Source of the DNA: an uncultured Bdellovibrionales bacterium
Lineage (GTDB): Bacteria; Bdellovibrionota; Bdellovibrionia; Bdellovibrionales; SG-bin7
DNA: 64,000 bases
Assembly: GCA_964498095.1 (NCBI GenBank)
Contig: CAZCFY010000008.1
Coordinates: 74,209-138,208, forward strand
Direction of reading: 5' to 3'
This document shows positions 54,242-64,000 of this stretch, in pieces. The position numbers and the translations under genes are program-made. The notes under the pieces are model-generated. The model did no database searches. It saw only the letters and a program-made list of their open reading frames with translations, and was not told the origin of the DNA. Positions within the stretch are counted from its first letter, which is position 1. Each line of letters begins with the position of its first letter.

Positions 54242-55720
54242 GTGATAGAGAGGGAGTTACTCGAAAAAGTTAAAGAATGGGACATAATGGTGCGGCGGGG
54301 ACAAGGCAACCGTGTGGCCGCGGCCATTCAAAAAATCTCATTATCAAACATTCCGCGTAACCACGTGGCGGCCTTGGCAAACCTCTCTCGGCGCGTGGGC
54401 TATTCAAACTTCTCGTTGAAGTTACTTTTTCCCATTGTGCGCCCGCAAGTTTCTGGCGTGCGCTCGCCCTCTACTTTGGAGCTTGCTGAGTACGGCGCTG
54501 CCTTAGCAGATATCGGTGCCATTTCGGAGGCGCAGAAAGTTTTAAGTGAAATAAAGGTGGACGGCATTTCTTCACGAGTCTGGCTCTTTCAAGCGTTTAC
54601 ATACTTTAGAACTTGGGATTACGAAGCCGCCCTTCCTTTTCTAGAAAAATTCGTCGCTGCGCAAACGGATGATTATCAAAAAAGTATTGGGAGCTTAAAC
54701 CTAGCTGCGGCACAAATCATTTGTGACAAACTCGAAGAGGCGGCGCAAACTTTAGAGAATGTTTTAAAAATATCCTATGAACAGGCGAATTGGCTGCTCT
54801 ATGGGAATGCCCTAGAGCTACAGGGTCAACTAAATGTCAAAAAAGAGTCATGGAAGAAGGCCGAACAAGTTCTTTTAAAAAGTACGGAGTTTTTGGCGGG
54901 CGCAAGTCCGGCGGGACTCCTTTATGCTAAAAAGTGGTTAGCGGTCGCTAAGGTAAAACAAAAAAAGGCCCAAGCGGTCCATGAATTTTCGGCAATTATC
55001 AAGGAAGCGCAAAATATTGGTGAGTGGGAAACTATACGTGATTGCGAGCGCCATAGAGCTCTCATAACCAAGAACGAATTGCTTTTTAATAAAGTTTATT
55101 TTGGTACACCTCATGAGGCCTTTCGTAAAAAGTTACGCTTAGCCGGGAGTGCGCAGGGACTGACTATTTACCCGTGTTACCATTGGGAGTCCGAGGGGAA
55201 TAACCAGGCAAAAAATGTGACGATTGACCTTATCGCCGGACAGGATCTAAAGAAAAAAATAAAATTAAAAACCGGCCAGGCCATGCACCGTTTGCTATTA
55301 GTGTTATGTAGCGACTTTTATAAACCATTTAGTCAGGGAGAATTATTCGGGCGCGTTTTCCCCGGGCAATATCATGACCCTTTCTCTTCTCCGGATCGCG
55401 TATATCAGTGCGTGCGGCGCTTACAAAAATGGTTTGGGGCTAAAAAAATTGGCCTAGAGATCTTAGGTCATCAGCAAGAATACCGAATAAATCTCTCTAA
55501 ACAGGTGGCCATCTTGAAGACTGACTCCCGGAGCGGAAATCTTAGGGGACTCCGGCTGCAAAATCATTTTTCCGTAGGCGAATTTTCGGCGCGGGATCTC
55601 GCGCAAAAAGAGTCAGTTTCGTTGCGCTCGGCGAATCGAATCTTAAGCGATTTGCTAGCGGAAGGTCTGGTTGAAAAGGTAAATCAGGGCCCACGAACTC
55701 GCTTTCGAATGCCCGGCTAG
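54242..55720 (+). CDS. TPR-like helical-repeat protein with a C-terminal winged-helix-like segment
   Basis: GTG start. The middle has TPR-like helical pairs. The C-terminus LAQKESVSLRSANRILSDLLAEGLVEKVNQGPRTRF looks like a wHTH. Confidence 0.5.
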   Translation: MIERELLEKVKEWDIMVRRGQGNRVAAAIQKISLSNIPRNHVAALANLSRRVGYSNFSLKLLFPIVRPQVSGVRSPSTLELAEYGAALADIGAISEAQKVLSEIKVDGISSRVWLFQAFTYFRTWDYEAALPFLEKFVAAQTDDYQKSIGSLNLAAAQIICDKLEEAAQTLENVLKISYEQANWLLYGNALELQGQLNVKKESWKKAEQVLLKSTEFLAGASPAGLLYAKKWLAVAKVKQKKAQAVHEFSAIIKEAQNIGEWETIRDCERHRALITKNELLFNKVYFGTPHEAFRKKLRLAGSAQGLTIYPCYHWESEGNNQAKNVTIDLIAGQDLKKKIKLKTGQAMHRLLLVLCSDFYKPFSQGELFGRVFPGQYHDPFSSPDRVYQCVRRLQKWFGAKKIGLEILGHQQEYRINLSKQVAILKTDSRSGNLRGLRLQNHFSVGEFSARDLAQKESVSLRSANRILSDLLAEGLVEKVNQGPRTRFRMPG

Positions 55721-55797
55721 CGACAAAAGTCTAGAAGCTCTGCCGATGCGTCAAGAACGCGCTATAAATAGCCGAAAACACAAATAGGAAAAGTATT

Positions 55798-57444
55798 TTG
55801 CTGTTCCAAAAAAGTGAGGAATGGGTGTCATTCGACTACGATAAATATAAAAATCGCAACCATGGAGCCGGCGGTGACTGGTGGGCTTCGTATGCCGACT
55901 TATTTACGATGATGTCATTTATTTTTTTGCTGATGTACGTCTATGCCGCAGTCACCAGTGGAACCAATAATATGCAACAACAATTGGAATACCAGCGGCT
56001 CTCACAAGAAGCCGAAGATTTGCGCCAGCAAATTAAAGTTTATAATACACTTAAACAGGAATACGTCGAAAACCAAGCCACCGACCAAGAGCAACAAGCG
56101 TACAAAGAACTTATGGGTAAGCTTGATTTACTGCAAGATCAGGCCAAAGTAGAAAAAGACGACTTAAGGCGCAAGGCGGATGAAAACGAAAAAACCGAAC
56201 GCGCCCTAAATAAGTATCAGCAGATGATTCGGAATATCATCAACACTAACATCTTGGCAAAAACCCGTCTTGAACGCCGCGAGAAAATCATTGCGGAAAA
56301 AGAAGTGGAGCTAACGCAAAAGGGCGAAGAGATTCAAAATCTAGAACAAAATCTTGAAGAGAAAATGAAAATGGTTGAAGCGAGCAACCAAAAAATTGCC
56401 GGTCTAGAAGAGTCTTTAGAGAAAAAAGTAAAGGAGCTTAAAAATTCCTTTAAAGCGCAAAAAATTACCAAACAAGCCATGGAGAGAAAGATTGCGGCTT
56501 TAACTCAGGAAACGCAAGATAAGGTGGAAGATCTTGAGCGCGAAAAAAATGAAGTATCGCAGAAACTTTATGGCGTATCTAAAGAACTAGAAAAAGCATC
56601 TAGCGCATTGACCGAGAAGGAAGCTACGGTGGGGCAGTATGAAAAGCAAATCGCCGAAATGAAAGCCAATCGCGACGCTGACCTGGCAAAAGAGCGCGCC
56701 GCCTTTGACAAAAAGCTGGCGGCCGAGCGTCTCTCTGGCGAAGCCAAGGCCAGTGCCCTTCGCGAATTTAATAAGAAGGCCGAGGCGCGGGCCAAAGAAC
56801 TTGATTCCAAAATCGCGTCTTTGCAGGGAGAAGTGGCGTCATCAAATAAAGAGTTAGAAAAAGCCCGCCGGGTTGCCAACGCCCGCAAGGAGTTAGCAAA
56901 AGCTATAAAAGAAGGTTTCAAGAAGGCTGGTGTTGATGCTGAGGTGGACGAAAGAACCGGAGACGTTACGCTTTCCTTTGGAGATTCCTACTTTGATACC
57001 GGCAAATCTAGACTGAAACCGGCCATGAAGGAGTCGTTACAGCAATTTATGCCTAGCTATTCTGAAGGTATTTTTACGAATCAAAAAGTCGCCGAGAAAA
57101 TTAAATCCGTCGAGATCGTTGGTTTTGCGTCTCCCACCTTTAAAGGAAAATATATAGATCCTGAAAGTTTGGATCTAGAAGACCGCAACGCCGTTAACTA
57201 TAATCTTGATTTAAGTTACCAGCGCGCCAAATCTATTTTTGAATATATTTTTGACCCCAACAAGATGACTTATAAATACCAGAAGAAACTTTTGCCGCTG
57301 GTTAAAGTTACGGGCCGCAGCTTTTTAGCGGAAGGGGCCAAGGGCCGGGGCGTGGCTTCGGGATTTGATATTAATGAATATTGTAAGAAATTTGACTGTA
57401 AAAAGTCACAAAAAGTTATCATCAAGTTTAATTTGGATGAATAG
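55798..57444 (+). CDS. MotB/OmpA-family protein with a coiled-coil insert of about 330 aa
   Basis: MotB-type N-terminus WWASYADLFTMMSFIFLLMYV, a long heptad-rich segment, and an OmpA-like C-terminus (VTLSFGDSYFDTGKSRLKP ... NYNLDLSYQRAKSIFEYI). The start is uncertain: TTG at 55798, or an in-frame GTG at 55825 preceded by gaggaa. Confidence 0.8.
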   Translation: MLFQKSEEWVSFDYDKYKNRNHGAGGDWWASYADLFTMMSFIFLLMYVYAAVTSGTNNMQQQLEYQRLSQEAEDLRQQIKVYNTLKQEYVENQATDQEQQAYKELMGKLDLLQDQAKVEKDDLRRKADENEKTERALNKYQQMIRNIINTNILAKTRLERREKIIAEKEVELTQKGEEIQNLEQNLEEKMKMVEASNQKIAGLEESLEKKVKELKNSFKAQKITKQAMERKIAALTQETQDKVEDLEREKNEVSQKLYGVSKELEKASSALTEKEATVGQYEKQIAEMKANRDADLAKERAAFDKKLAAERLSGEAKASALREFNKKAEARAKELDSKIASLQGEVASSNKELEKARRVANARKELAKAIKEGFKKAGVDAEVDERTGDVTLSFGDSYFDTGKSRLKPAMKESLQQFMPSYSEGIFTNQKVAEKIKSVEIVGFASPTFKGKYIDPESLDLEDRNAVNYNLDLSYQRAKSIFEYIFDPNKMTYKYQKKLLPLVKVTGRSFLAEGAKGRGVASGFDINEYCKKFDCKKSQKVIIKFNLDE

Positions 57445-57453
57445 GGAGCAGTT

Positions 57454-58410
57454 ATGCAAGATCTAATTCGTCATTTCGTTAAAGTCGTATCCGAGGTGGG
57501 CGCCGCTTATCTCTTCCAGACTTTAACGATTGTGTTTTTAATCGCCATTGCGCTGCGGGTTTTGGTTTATTACACTGTCGCGCGGGAATTATGGTTTGCC
57601 CGGGAGTTTGATAAGCGGGCCCAGCGCTTTTTATCCAGCGAAGAAAGTAAAGGGGATATTTCCTTTTTCTTGGTGGCGAAAAGATTGCTAGAAAAAACCT
57701 TTTACGAACTCTTTGAAGTGCGAGCCATCATGAGCCGCCGTCGCCCTGACCCGATCATGGGAGTGGGGGACCGTGTATTTCTAATCAATCAAGGAGCGGC
57801 CTGGCTTGTAAAGGATACTCTGCGCCAAGTGAAATATTTGAAACATGGCAAACATGATCCTGATTTCATGCAGATTACGAAAAACGTATTTCAAAACAAT
57901 CCTTGTTTTAATCGCTTATTCGGGGTTTTTCCCGCCTCGACACTAAATGATATTCTTAATGTCCTGCCCAGCATCATGATCATCGGCGGTATTTTTGGAA
58001 CGTTCCTAGGTATCATGAACGCTCTCCCGCAACTAGGACTTATCGATGTCAAAAACGTAGAAGGTACCAAAGTCGCAATGAATGAATTTTTATTCCACCT
58101 TGGCGTAGCGATGACGACTTCGATCATCGCGATTGCATTCTGGGTGGCACTTACATTCGTAAACTCGTTACTTTCGCCTGAGCGTTTATTTGTGCAAGCG
58201 GTGGAACGTTACGAAAACGTGCTCGCCGTGTTGTGGAACCGCAGCGACGACAATCGTTTGCCGGAAGACATTCCCGAATTTAACGAACATAAAGATCCTT
58301 TTGATGCCTTGGCGGAACAGGCTGTAAACCGTGTATTAAGCGGCAAAAGGAAGTATGAAGATGAAAACCGGGGCGCGCCAGCTCCGACTCCAAAAGGAAA
58401 AGCCTCATAA
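57454..58410 (+). CDS. MotA/TolQ/ExbB-family proton-channel protein
   Basis: N-terminal TM helix. C-terminal TM pair with LPSIMIIGGIFGTFLGIMNALPQLG and VAMTTSIIAIAFWVALTFVNSLL, the family signature region. Confidence 0.7.
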   Translation: MQDLIRHFVKVVSEVGAAYLFQTLTIVFLIAIALRVLVYYTVARELWFAREFDKRAQRFLSSEESKGDISFFLVAKRLLEKTFYELFEVRAIMSRRRPDPIMGVGDRVFLINQGAAWLVKDTLRQVKYLKHGKHDPDFMQITKNVFQNNPCFNRLFGVFPASTLNDILNVLPSIMIIGGIFGTFLGIMNALPQLGLIDVKNVEGTKVAMNEFLFHLGVAMTTSIIAIAFWVALTFVNSLLSPERLFVQAVERYENVLAVLWNRSDDNRLPEDIPEFNEHKDPFDALAEQAVNRVLSGKRKYEDENRGAPAPTPKGKAS

Positions 58411-58430
58411 GAGAGACTTTTTAATAGAGT

Positions 58431-61022
58431 ATGACTAAGCTTTCGGTGGTATTTAAAATCACGCTCCCGTCTGATGAGGGAGAGGAGTATAAATACCTCG
58501 AAGCGGACAACTTTATAATTGGACGTTCGCCCGATGTCGAGGTCTGTCTAAAAGACAAAGGTGTGAGCCGAAACCACCTTAAAGTCAGCGCTCACGGTAA
58601 AAAAATCTTAATTCGTGACCTTGGGTCTGCTTACGGAACGCGGGTGAACGGCACCGTCATACCCAAAGATGAAGATGTTCAATACAAACCTGGGGCACCC
58701 ATTAAACTAGGCGGCTGGGAAGAACCTGTCCGCTTGGAACTCTTCCATTTACCGATGACCGAGCAAGAAGAAGGTGGACTCATTATTCAGGAAGCTCGTA
58801 TGGAGGCGGATAACATACGCCGCAAGGTGGAGCATGAAGGGCAAAAAGTAAAAGTCAACGCCGAGAACAACGCGGCCCGCACCGTCGATGAAGCCAGATC
58901 CAAAGCCGCGCGCATTATTGAAGAAGCCAAGCAACAAAATGCCCTCATGGAAAAGCAAATAGAAGCGGCCGCGCGCGAGAAGGCAGAGCGGTTAGAAGAG
59001 CAAGCCCAGGAAGAAGCGCAGGCCATTCTTGAAAAAGCCCGCCAAGAAGTAGAGCCTTTAAAACAAAAAATTTTAAAGGACGCCGAAGATAAAGGTCAGG
59101 AAACCGCCAAGGTATTGGTTGATGCCGCCGAACAAAAGGCGCGGGTACTTGCGGAAAGTGCCGCGCAGAAAATCGAAAGTCTAATTGGTGAATACCAAGA
59201 AAAAGGCCGCGCCTACGTGAAAGAAAAAGAACGCGTCGGTGCTGAGGTCATTAAGGCCGCCGAAGCCAAAGCCGCGCAGCTATTAAGTGATAGTCAAATG
59301 AGCGTAAATGAGATTTTACGCAAAGCTCAGGACGACGGCGAACAGGACCGCCGCCGCATCGAACTTGAGGCTCAGGAAAAACAGGAAGAGGTCTTAGAGA
59401 AAGCGCAAAAAGAAGTTGAGCGGCTTATTGAAGACGGCAAATCTCAAGCTGCTAAAATGGTAGAAGCGGCAAAAGAGGAGTCGCGCAAAATCATCGAGAC
59501 GACGCACGAACTAAACCAAGCGGCGGTAGCACGCTTGCAGGTGCTAAAAGAACAAATTACGAATGTCGAAGAAGACAAGAAAAGCGTCTTAAAGCAAAGT
59601 GAGGCGTTACAAGAAGAAAAACGCCAGTATGACCTTGAAATCGAAGAAGTCCGTGCCAAAAAAGAAAAACTCAAAGACGAAGTGGCGCAAGCGAAACTAA
59701 ATACGCAAAAGCAGCTTAATCAAATCGAGGCCGAGGTTCGTAAAGTGGAGGCGGCTTTACGCAAAAAGGAAATTGCTTGTGACGAGGCCGAGCGTAACCG
59801 GGCTACCCACGAAGAGGCGGCGCAGGAAGCCATAAAACTTAAAGAAGACGTACAAAATACGCTCGATGAAATGGAAAAGACCGTCACGTTACAAAAAGAA
59901 AAGCTTGGCCGGGAAATCGAGGAGCTAAAAGCTCAGCGGGATGAAGTCGCAGAAACCCTGGATGTCGTGCGCCAGACCTACGAACAAAAGCAAGAAAAAA
60001 TATCCGAAGAGCTTAACGCTTACCGCGAAAAGCGCATGCAAAAATTAGAATCTGAGCTGTCGAAACTGCGCTTAAAAGCGGAGGAGGATATTAAATCGGC
60101 CAAAGATGCTAATGACCAGGAAATTGCCCAAGCCAAAAAAGAACTAGAAATCGAAGTCAATGAAATCCGTTCCAGCGAAATGGCGCGATTGGAAACCGTT
60201 AAAGCGCGCGAAGAGGCGGCGCTCTACGAGCGTAAGAATCATCACATCGAGGAAATTACCAGAAATCTCGACATGGTATTCCGGTCGCGTGCTGGAAAAC
60301 TAGAAAAGATGATTAACAATGGCGACGCCTTTTATAAAGAGATTGGTGAAGTTGTTAGAAAAGTTGTTAATCAGGAGTACGACGTTCATCAAGAGCAAGT
60401 AAAGACCATCATGACTTTTAATCCCGATGACGTCAAAAAGGTCAAAAAATTCTGGCAGAAAACAGTTGGCTTTTCTGTTCTCGGAATTGCTTTGATAGCT
60501 CTGCACTTTCAGTTTCCAGAGTGGCCCACGGTCTTAATGCAAAAAATTAGGCCCGACAAGTCAGCCTCGGAAGTCATAAAAGAAGAGATGAAGCAGGAGC
60601 AGCTTAAAAACGCTTTTAATCCAAATCTAACGCCGAACTTCAAAGAAACATATACCGAAAACGTTCTCTATACCGAGAATTACCTCGGTAACGAGCGTAG
60701 TTCTTCTTACCACGACCTTTGGATCAAGGAGCTAAATAAATTCGTGCTCGATGATTTAAATCTCAGCGAAGAAGCCACGGTAAATCTCGTCGCCGCCGAG
60801 TCCGTGCTTTTAAAAAACTTAGAGGAGCAACGGGCGAAGATTACCAACAAGCAGCTAAAAGAAGGCATTAAAAAGCTCGAAGACATCGAATCCGACGCTG
60901 TAGTAAAAATGAGTCAACTTTTGGGTGGCGAAAACAACTACGAAAAATACTATAAATTTAAAAACGACTTTTACGAAAAGTTCACGGCAAAGATGCCGGC
61001 CTCTAACCCAGTTTCCCAGTAG
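58431..61022 (+). CDS. FHA-domain protein with a very long coiled coil, one TM helix and a C-terminal domain of about 170 aa
   Basis: FHA core FIIGRSPDVEVCLKDKGVSRNHLKVSAHGKKILIRDLGSAYGTRVNG. About 550 aa of E/K/A-rich heptads follow, similar to ATP-synthase-b/FliH-like repeats. The TM helix is TVGFSVLGIALIALHF, near aa 690. Confidence 0.85.
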   Translation: MTKLSVVFKITLPSDEGEEYKYLEADNFIIGRSPDVEVCLKDKGVSRNHLKVSAHGKKILIRDLGSAYGTRVNGTVIPKDEDVQYKPGAPIKLGGWEEPVRLELFHLPMTEQEEGGLIIQEARMEADNIRRKVEHEGQKVKVNAENNAARTVDEARSKAARIIEEAKQQNALMEKQIEAAAREKAERLEEQAQEEAQAILEKARQEVEPLKQKILKDAEDKGQETAKVLVDAAEQKARVLAESAAQKIESLIGEYQEKGRAYVKEKERVGAEVIKAAEAKAAQLLSDSQMSVNEILRKAQDDGEQDRRRIELEAQEKQEEVLEKAQKEVERLIEDGKSQAAKMVEAAKEESRKIIETTHELNQAAVARLQVLKEQITNVEEDKKSVLKQSEALQEEKRQYDLEIEEVRAKKEKLKDEVAQAKLNTQKQLNQIEAEVRKVEAALRKKEIACDEAERNRATHEEAAQEAIKLKEDVQNTLDEMEKTVTLQKEKLGREIEELKAQRDEVAETLDVVRQTYEQKQEKISEELNAYREKRMQKLESELSKLRLKAEEDIKSAKDANDQEIAQAKKELEIEVNEIRSSEMARLETVKAREEAALYERKNHHIEEITRNLDMVFRSRAGKLEKMINNGDAFYKEIGEVVRKVVNQEYDVHQEQVKTIMTFNPDDVKKVKKFWQKTVGFSVLGIALIALHFQFPEWPTVLMQKIRPDKSASEVIKEEMKQEQLKNAFNPNLTPNFKETYTENVLYTENYLGNERSSSYHDLWIKELNKFVLDDLNLSEEATVNLVAAESVLLKNLEEQRAKITNKQLKEGIKKLEDIESDAVVKMSQLLGGENNYEKYYKFKNDFYEKFTAKMPASNPVSQ

Positions 61023-62298
61023 AAGAAATCCATTCAATTACTTTTTGCGTGGCACCCACTTTAGTGCGTACGAGGGCGCGAATCTCGTTTTTAATATTTA
61101 AGCGTTCTGTCGTCGACAGGCTGTTAAAAAATCGTGTTGTGTCCTCAATGTCTACAAAGGTAGAGCAAGGACTTACGGCAAAAAAGTTTATGTTTTCATA
61201 TTTCTGACGAAGCACTATTTTTTTAAACTCCATAGCTTCGCGGTTATTTTGGTGAAACGGGCCAACCAGAGTTAAGCAACCACAGGCTAGGGCTTCCATT
61301 ACACTGTGCACGTTTTTGCGAAACGAGCCACCAATAAAGGCGATATCGGCATGCGCGTAAAGTTCGGCTAAAATTCCCACTTGGTCCACGATTAGGACCT
61401 CACCGGCTTGGAGTGGCCGATGCCATTCGGAATAAAGAACATAAGGCAGCGACTTCTGGACTAAAAGTTTTTTGATTTCGGTCAAATGTTCTGGTGATGG
61501 TTCATGGGGCACCAAAATAAGCCGTGCAACTTTGGCGTGGTAGGCGTCAGAAATTTCCAGAATCTGAGTTTCATCCTCTGGCCAAGTCGACCCGGCAACC
61601 AAGGTTACCCCATCTTTTAATGGCGGTAGGAGCTCGGCCTTGATGGGCTTAGGATGTTCCAAGCGAAATAAAACTTGATCATAACGGGTGTCCCCCATCT
61701 TCTGCGAATTAATTCCTAGGGCGGAATAATTTTGCACGTCTTCTTCGCTCACGGCAAAAATTTGTGAGATCAAAGAGAATACGAAGCGGTAAAAGCCGCG
61801 CACGCTCCAGTGGTTGCGCCGGCTTCCAGCGGCAAAAGTAGAGGAAAACAAAAGGACCGGAATTTTTTGCTCACGGCAGTAAGACAGCATTTGCGGCCAG
61901 GTGTCGGTACGAGCCAAGAGCAGCGCGCGGGGCCGATGAAAATCTATAAACTCTTTTACCGCTGCAGAAGTGTCCCAAGGGGAGGGACTTGCGAAGTCAA
62001 CACCGGGAAAATTGCGGCAGGCGCTTTCCGCTGATGGCGAAAAAAAAGTAACTAAAATTTTTACCTTGGGAAACCGGGCCTTTAATTCGCGGATAACGGG
62101 CTTAGCGTACTCGAATTCCATGCTGGAGGCATGAAACCAAATTGGCTGAGAATTAGCCGTAAAATTTAGCCAGGGTTTTACTCCGTTGACACTTTGACGC
62201 AGCTGAAAACCGCGCGCGATTTTAGCGTTAAAAAAAGATAAAAGCCAAAAAGTCGGGAGAAACAATATGTGATATAGCCCCGCATAGAGAAAAATCAT
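61003..62298 (-). CDS. waaA: 3-deoxy-D-manno-octulosonic acid (Kdo) transferase
   Basis: The start is taken at Met41 (MIFLYAGLYHILFLP), giving an ATGA overlap with the upstream GT9 gene. IWFHASSMEFEYAKPVIRELK and TDTWPQ align with the WaaA motifs (H.vS.GE / E.WP). Confidence 0.85.
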   Translation of the reverse strand: MIFLYAGLYHILFLPTFWLLSFFNAKIARGFQLRQSVNGVKPWLNFTANSQPIWFHASSMEFEYAKPVIRELKARFPKVKILVTFFSPSAESACRNFPGVDFASPSPWDTSAAVKEFIDFHRPRALLLARTDTWPQMLSYCREQKIPVLLFSSTFAAGSRRNHWSVRGFYRFVFSLISQIFAVSEEDVQNYSALGINSQKMGDTRYDQVLFRLEHPKPIKAELLPPLKDGVTLVAGSTWPEDETQILEISDAYHAKVARLILVPHEPSPEHLTEIKKLLVQKSLPYVLYSEWHRPLQAGEVLIVDQVGILAELYAHADIAFIGGSFRKNVHSVMEALACGCLTLVGPFHQNNREAMEFKKIVLRQKYENINFFAVSPCSTFVDIEDTTRFFNSLSTTERLNIKNEIRALVRTKVGATQKVIEWISSTGKLG

Positions 62299-63317
62299 GA
62301 GCGTGCCTGCTGATTTAAGATCTCCATGGCTTTCTTGGCGACAGCCCCGGGAGAAACTTCTACCATGCAACGGCGGAAGGTCGTCTGCTGGCAGCGGCCG
62401 CTGCCATCCTTGGAGCAAGGTTTACAAGGTAAGTTTTGGACTTCCATGATATGAGATGTGGGCCGGGTTGGATAACCAAACGCCGTGGGTCCGATGAGCG
62501 CAATCGCTGGTGCCCCCAATTGATCAGCGGCATGTAACAGTCCCGTGTCGGCTGAAATCGTCAGTGAGGCGGCTTTTAAAGCCGCGCAACTTTCGATGAG
62601 CGTTAACTTTCCGGCTAAATTTTGCACGCGGTTGGGATCGATCTGCTGATACTTATCGCAAAATTGATCCTGCGGTCCGCCCAAAATTACAAAACTTTGC
62701 TGCGGTAAGGATTCGATTAAAATTTTCCAATGCTCCTGGGGCCAGCGCTTCATGGTCCACGCGGCCGAGGGTACAAGTGCAATAAATGGTTTTGGTACAT
62801 GAATCTTTCGTAAGACAAATTCCAGAGTAGCCTCAGGAAAATAAAGTTGCGGTGCCGGTGGTACAAAGGTTTTGCCCAGCCAGCGGGCCAGTGGCCTTAA
62901 ATAAGAATATTGCCCGCGAAACGGCATCAAGTATTCGCCACGGCGGCCGAGTTTAAAATACAAAAATCTCTTCCAGCGCTCTTTAGGCCGGCGTAAAAAA
63001 TGCGGGGATCTAAAAAGTGTTAGGATAAAACTGACTAAACGGGAACGCAAATTATCGTGAGCATCATAAATATGCGTAAAGTTTTCGGCGCGCAGTCTCC
63101 AGGCTAAACGCAAAAGTCCCCACAGGCCGGTTTGGCGCTCAAAACTAGAAACGTTATTGATCATCGGGTGATGTTCCACCAAGAAGGAGAACTCGTGTTT
63201 AACTATCCAATGCACTTGCGCTTGGGGAAATTTACTCCTAAAGGCCTGAGGAATGCCGAGGCCTTGAATGATATCGCCAATACTTCCAAAACGAATGATC
63301 AATAATTTTTCGTGCAT
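62295..63317 (-). CDS. glycosyltransferase family 9 (LPS heptosyltransferase-like)
   Basis: The N-terminus KLLIIRFGSIGDIIQGLGIPQAFRSKFPQAQVHWIV and the C-terminus DTGLLHAADQLGAPAIALIGPT are typical of RfaC/RfaF-type GT9 enzymes. Confidence 0.85.
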   Translation of the reverse strand: MHEKLLIIRFGSIGDIIQGLGIPQAFRSKFPQAQVHWIVKHEFSFLVEHHPMINNVSSFERQTGLWGLLRLAWRLRAENFTHIYDAHDNLRSRLVSFILTLFRSPHFLRRPKERWKRFLYFKLGRRGEYLMPFRGQYSYLRPLARWLGKTFVPPAPQLYFPEATLEFVLRKIHVPKPFIALVPSAAWTMKRWPQEHWKILIESLPQQSFVILGGPQDQFCDKYQQIDPNRVQNLAGKLTLIESCAALKAASLTISADTGLLHAADQLGAPAIALIGPTAFGYPTRPTSHIMEVQNLPCKPCSKDGSGRCQQTTFRRCMVEVSPGAVAKKAMEILNQQARS

Positions 63318-63342
63318 GGAACCTCAGGTTAACATTTCGACT

Positions 63343-64000
63343 CTAAAAAAAGTAGGATGACGCAATTAGCATAGAGAAAATCTGTTCGGATTTAGTGGTG
63401 AGTTGAATTTGATTATTAATGATTTGCGTACTCTCACCCCGGCCGCCGGTATAGTAACCGCCAAATGTAAACGAAGTGCGCTCAGAAGTATAAAAAGCTA
63501 AGTTTGCGCTCATGCCCCACATGTCAATATGATCACCCTGACGGCGCTGACTAGTGTTGTCGATATCTGGATGCGAAGAATAATTCGTATAAATCCCACC
63601 GCGCACGCGCAGCCAGCTTCGCCATTTGTATTCCGCTCCCAGGGCGTAGTTGACGAGAGCCTTATGTACGAAGTGGTCGGCAAACTGTTCTGTTTCTAAG
63701 TCAACGTAAGAAGTAGCGCCATAGTAGGTGACGTCGGCAGAAACCAAAAATTTGTCATTGCGGTAAGCGGTTCCAAATGCCAGCCGAGGCGGGATTTTTG
63801 TAAAAGAGCGCACGTCGGGGTGCGGGTCCTCAACACGGTCGGCAGGAGTGGTCGTGGTTTTTACCTTATAGTAAGACCCACGGCCGCTAACTTCTAGAGA
63901 GGGAAAACGCAAACTCAAGCCAAAAGAAAGATTATCATTGTATTGATGAAATAGTCCCAAAATATAAACTATGTCATTGTGGGTGAGTGATTTTTCTTCA
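63343..64000 (-). CDS. outer-membrane beta-barrel protein, C-terminal part (gene open to the right edge)
   Basis: Alternating amphipathic strands and a C-terminal ...IASSYFF (terminal Phe). The reading frame upstream of the track start (63960) has no stop up to position 64000, so the gene is truncated by the window. Confidence 0.6.
   Translation of the reverse strand, partial: EEKSLTHNDIVYILGLFHQYNDNLSFGLSLRFPSLEVSGRGSYYKVKTTTTPADRVEDPHPDVRSFTKIPPRLAFGTAYRNDKFLVSADVTYYGATSYVDLETEQFADHFVHKALVNYALGAEYKWRSWLRVRGGIYTNYSSHPDIDNTSQRRQGDHIDMWGMSANLAFYTSERTSFTFGGYYTGGRGESTQIINNQIQLTTKSEQIFSMLIASSYFF

Noticed and set aside
55798-61022. Calling the MotB/MotA/FHA operon a Zorya defence system
   Set aside because: The long coiled-coil tail is not on the MotA-like subunit, and no ZorC/ZorD/ZorE-like (helicase/nuclease) genes are present. 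The locus also sits among LPS-core and housekeeping genes. It is kept only as an analogy in the finding.

Overview
The window looks like a chromosomal segment from a low-to-moderate GC Gram-negative bacterium. My inference is a Bdellovibrio-like or Oligoflexia lineage, based on two TIGR02147/DUF4423-type paralogs, a very high density of exported or lipoprotein ORFs with no recognisable family, PilZ and pseudo-receiver proteins, and LPS-core genes. I had no search tools, so every call rests on motifs read directly from the translations and the DNA.

Layout:
- 0-19.9 kb: mixed housekeeping and exported proteins. These include an SDR oxidoreductase, an MFS transporter coupled to an ACP-FAAL-acyltransferase fusion, a globin-like protein, an AraC regulator, and a roughly 1 kb ORF-free, hairpin-dense interval at 1.7-2.7 kb that I flag as a candidate large structured RNA.
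- 19.9-34.75 kb: an accessory-looking block ending at the 3' end of tRNA-Gly(GCC). It is full of short exported ORFs and nuclease-like genes: a five-fold zinc-ribbon/PD-(D/E)XK protein, a DUF2188 + unknown + PD-(D/E)XK-like triplet, and a ParB-fold protein in a three-gene operon. It also holds a four-helix-bundle (23S IVS-type) gene, a secreted 17-aa tandem-repeat protein, and a modular intergenic repeat family with covarying hairpin arms.
- 34.8-64 kb: core genes. These are pgsA, a PilZ/thioesterase/glpX/SRPBCC operon, an RluA-family synthase, an MFP-RND-TolC efflux operon, DUF1015, a MotB-like/MotA-like/FHA coiled-coil operon, waaA, a GT9 heptosyltransferase and a partial outer-membrane barrel.

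I saw no CRISPR array, rRNA, integrase or transposase.
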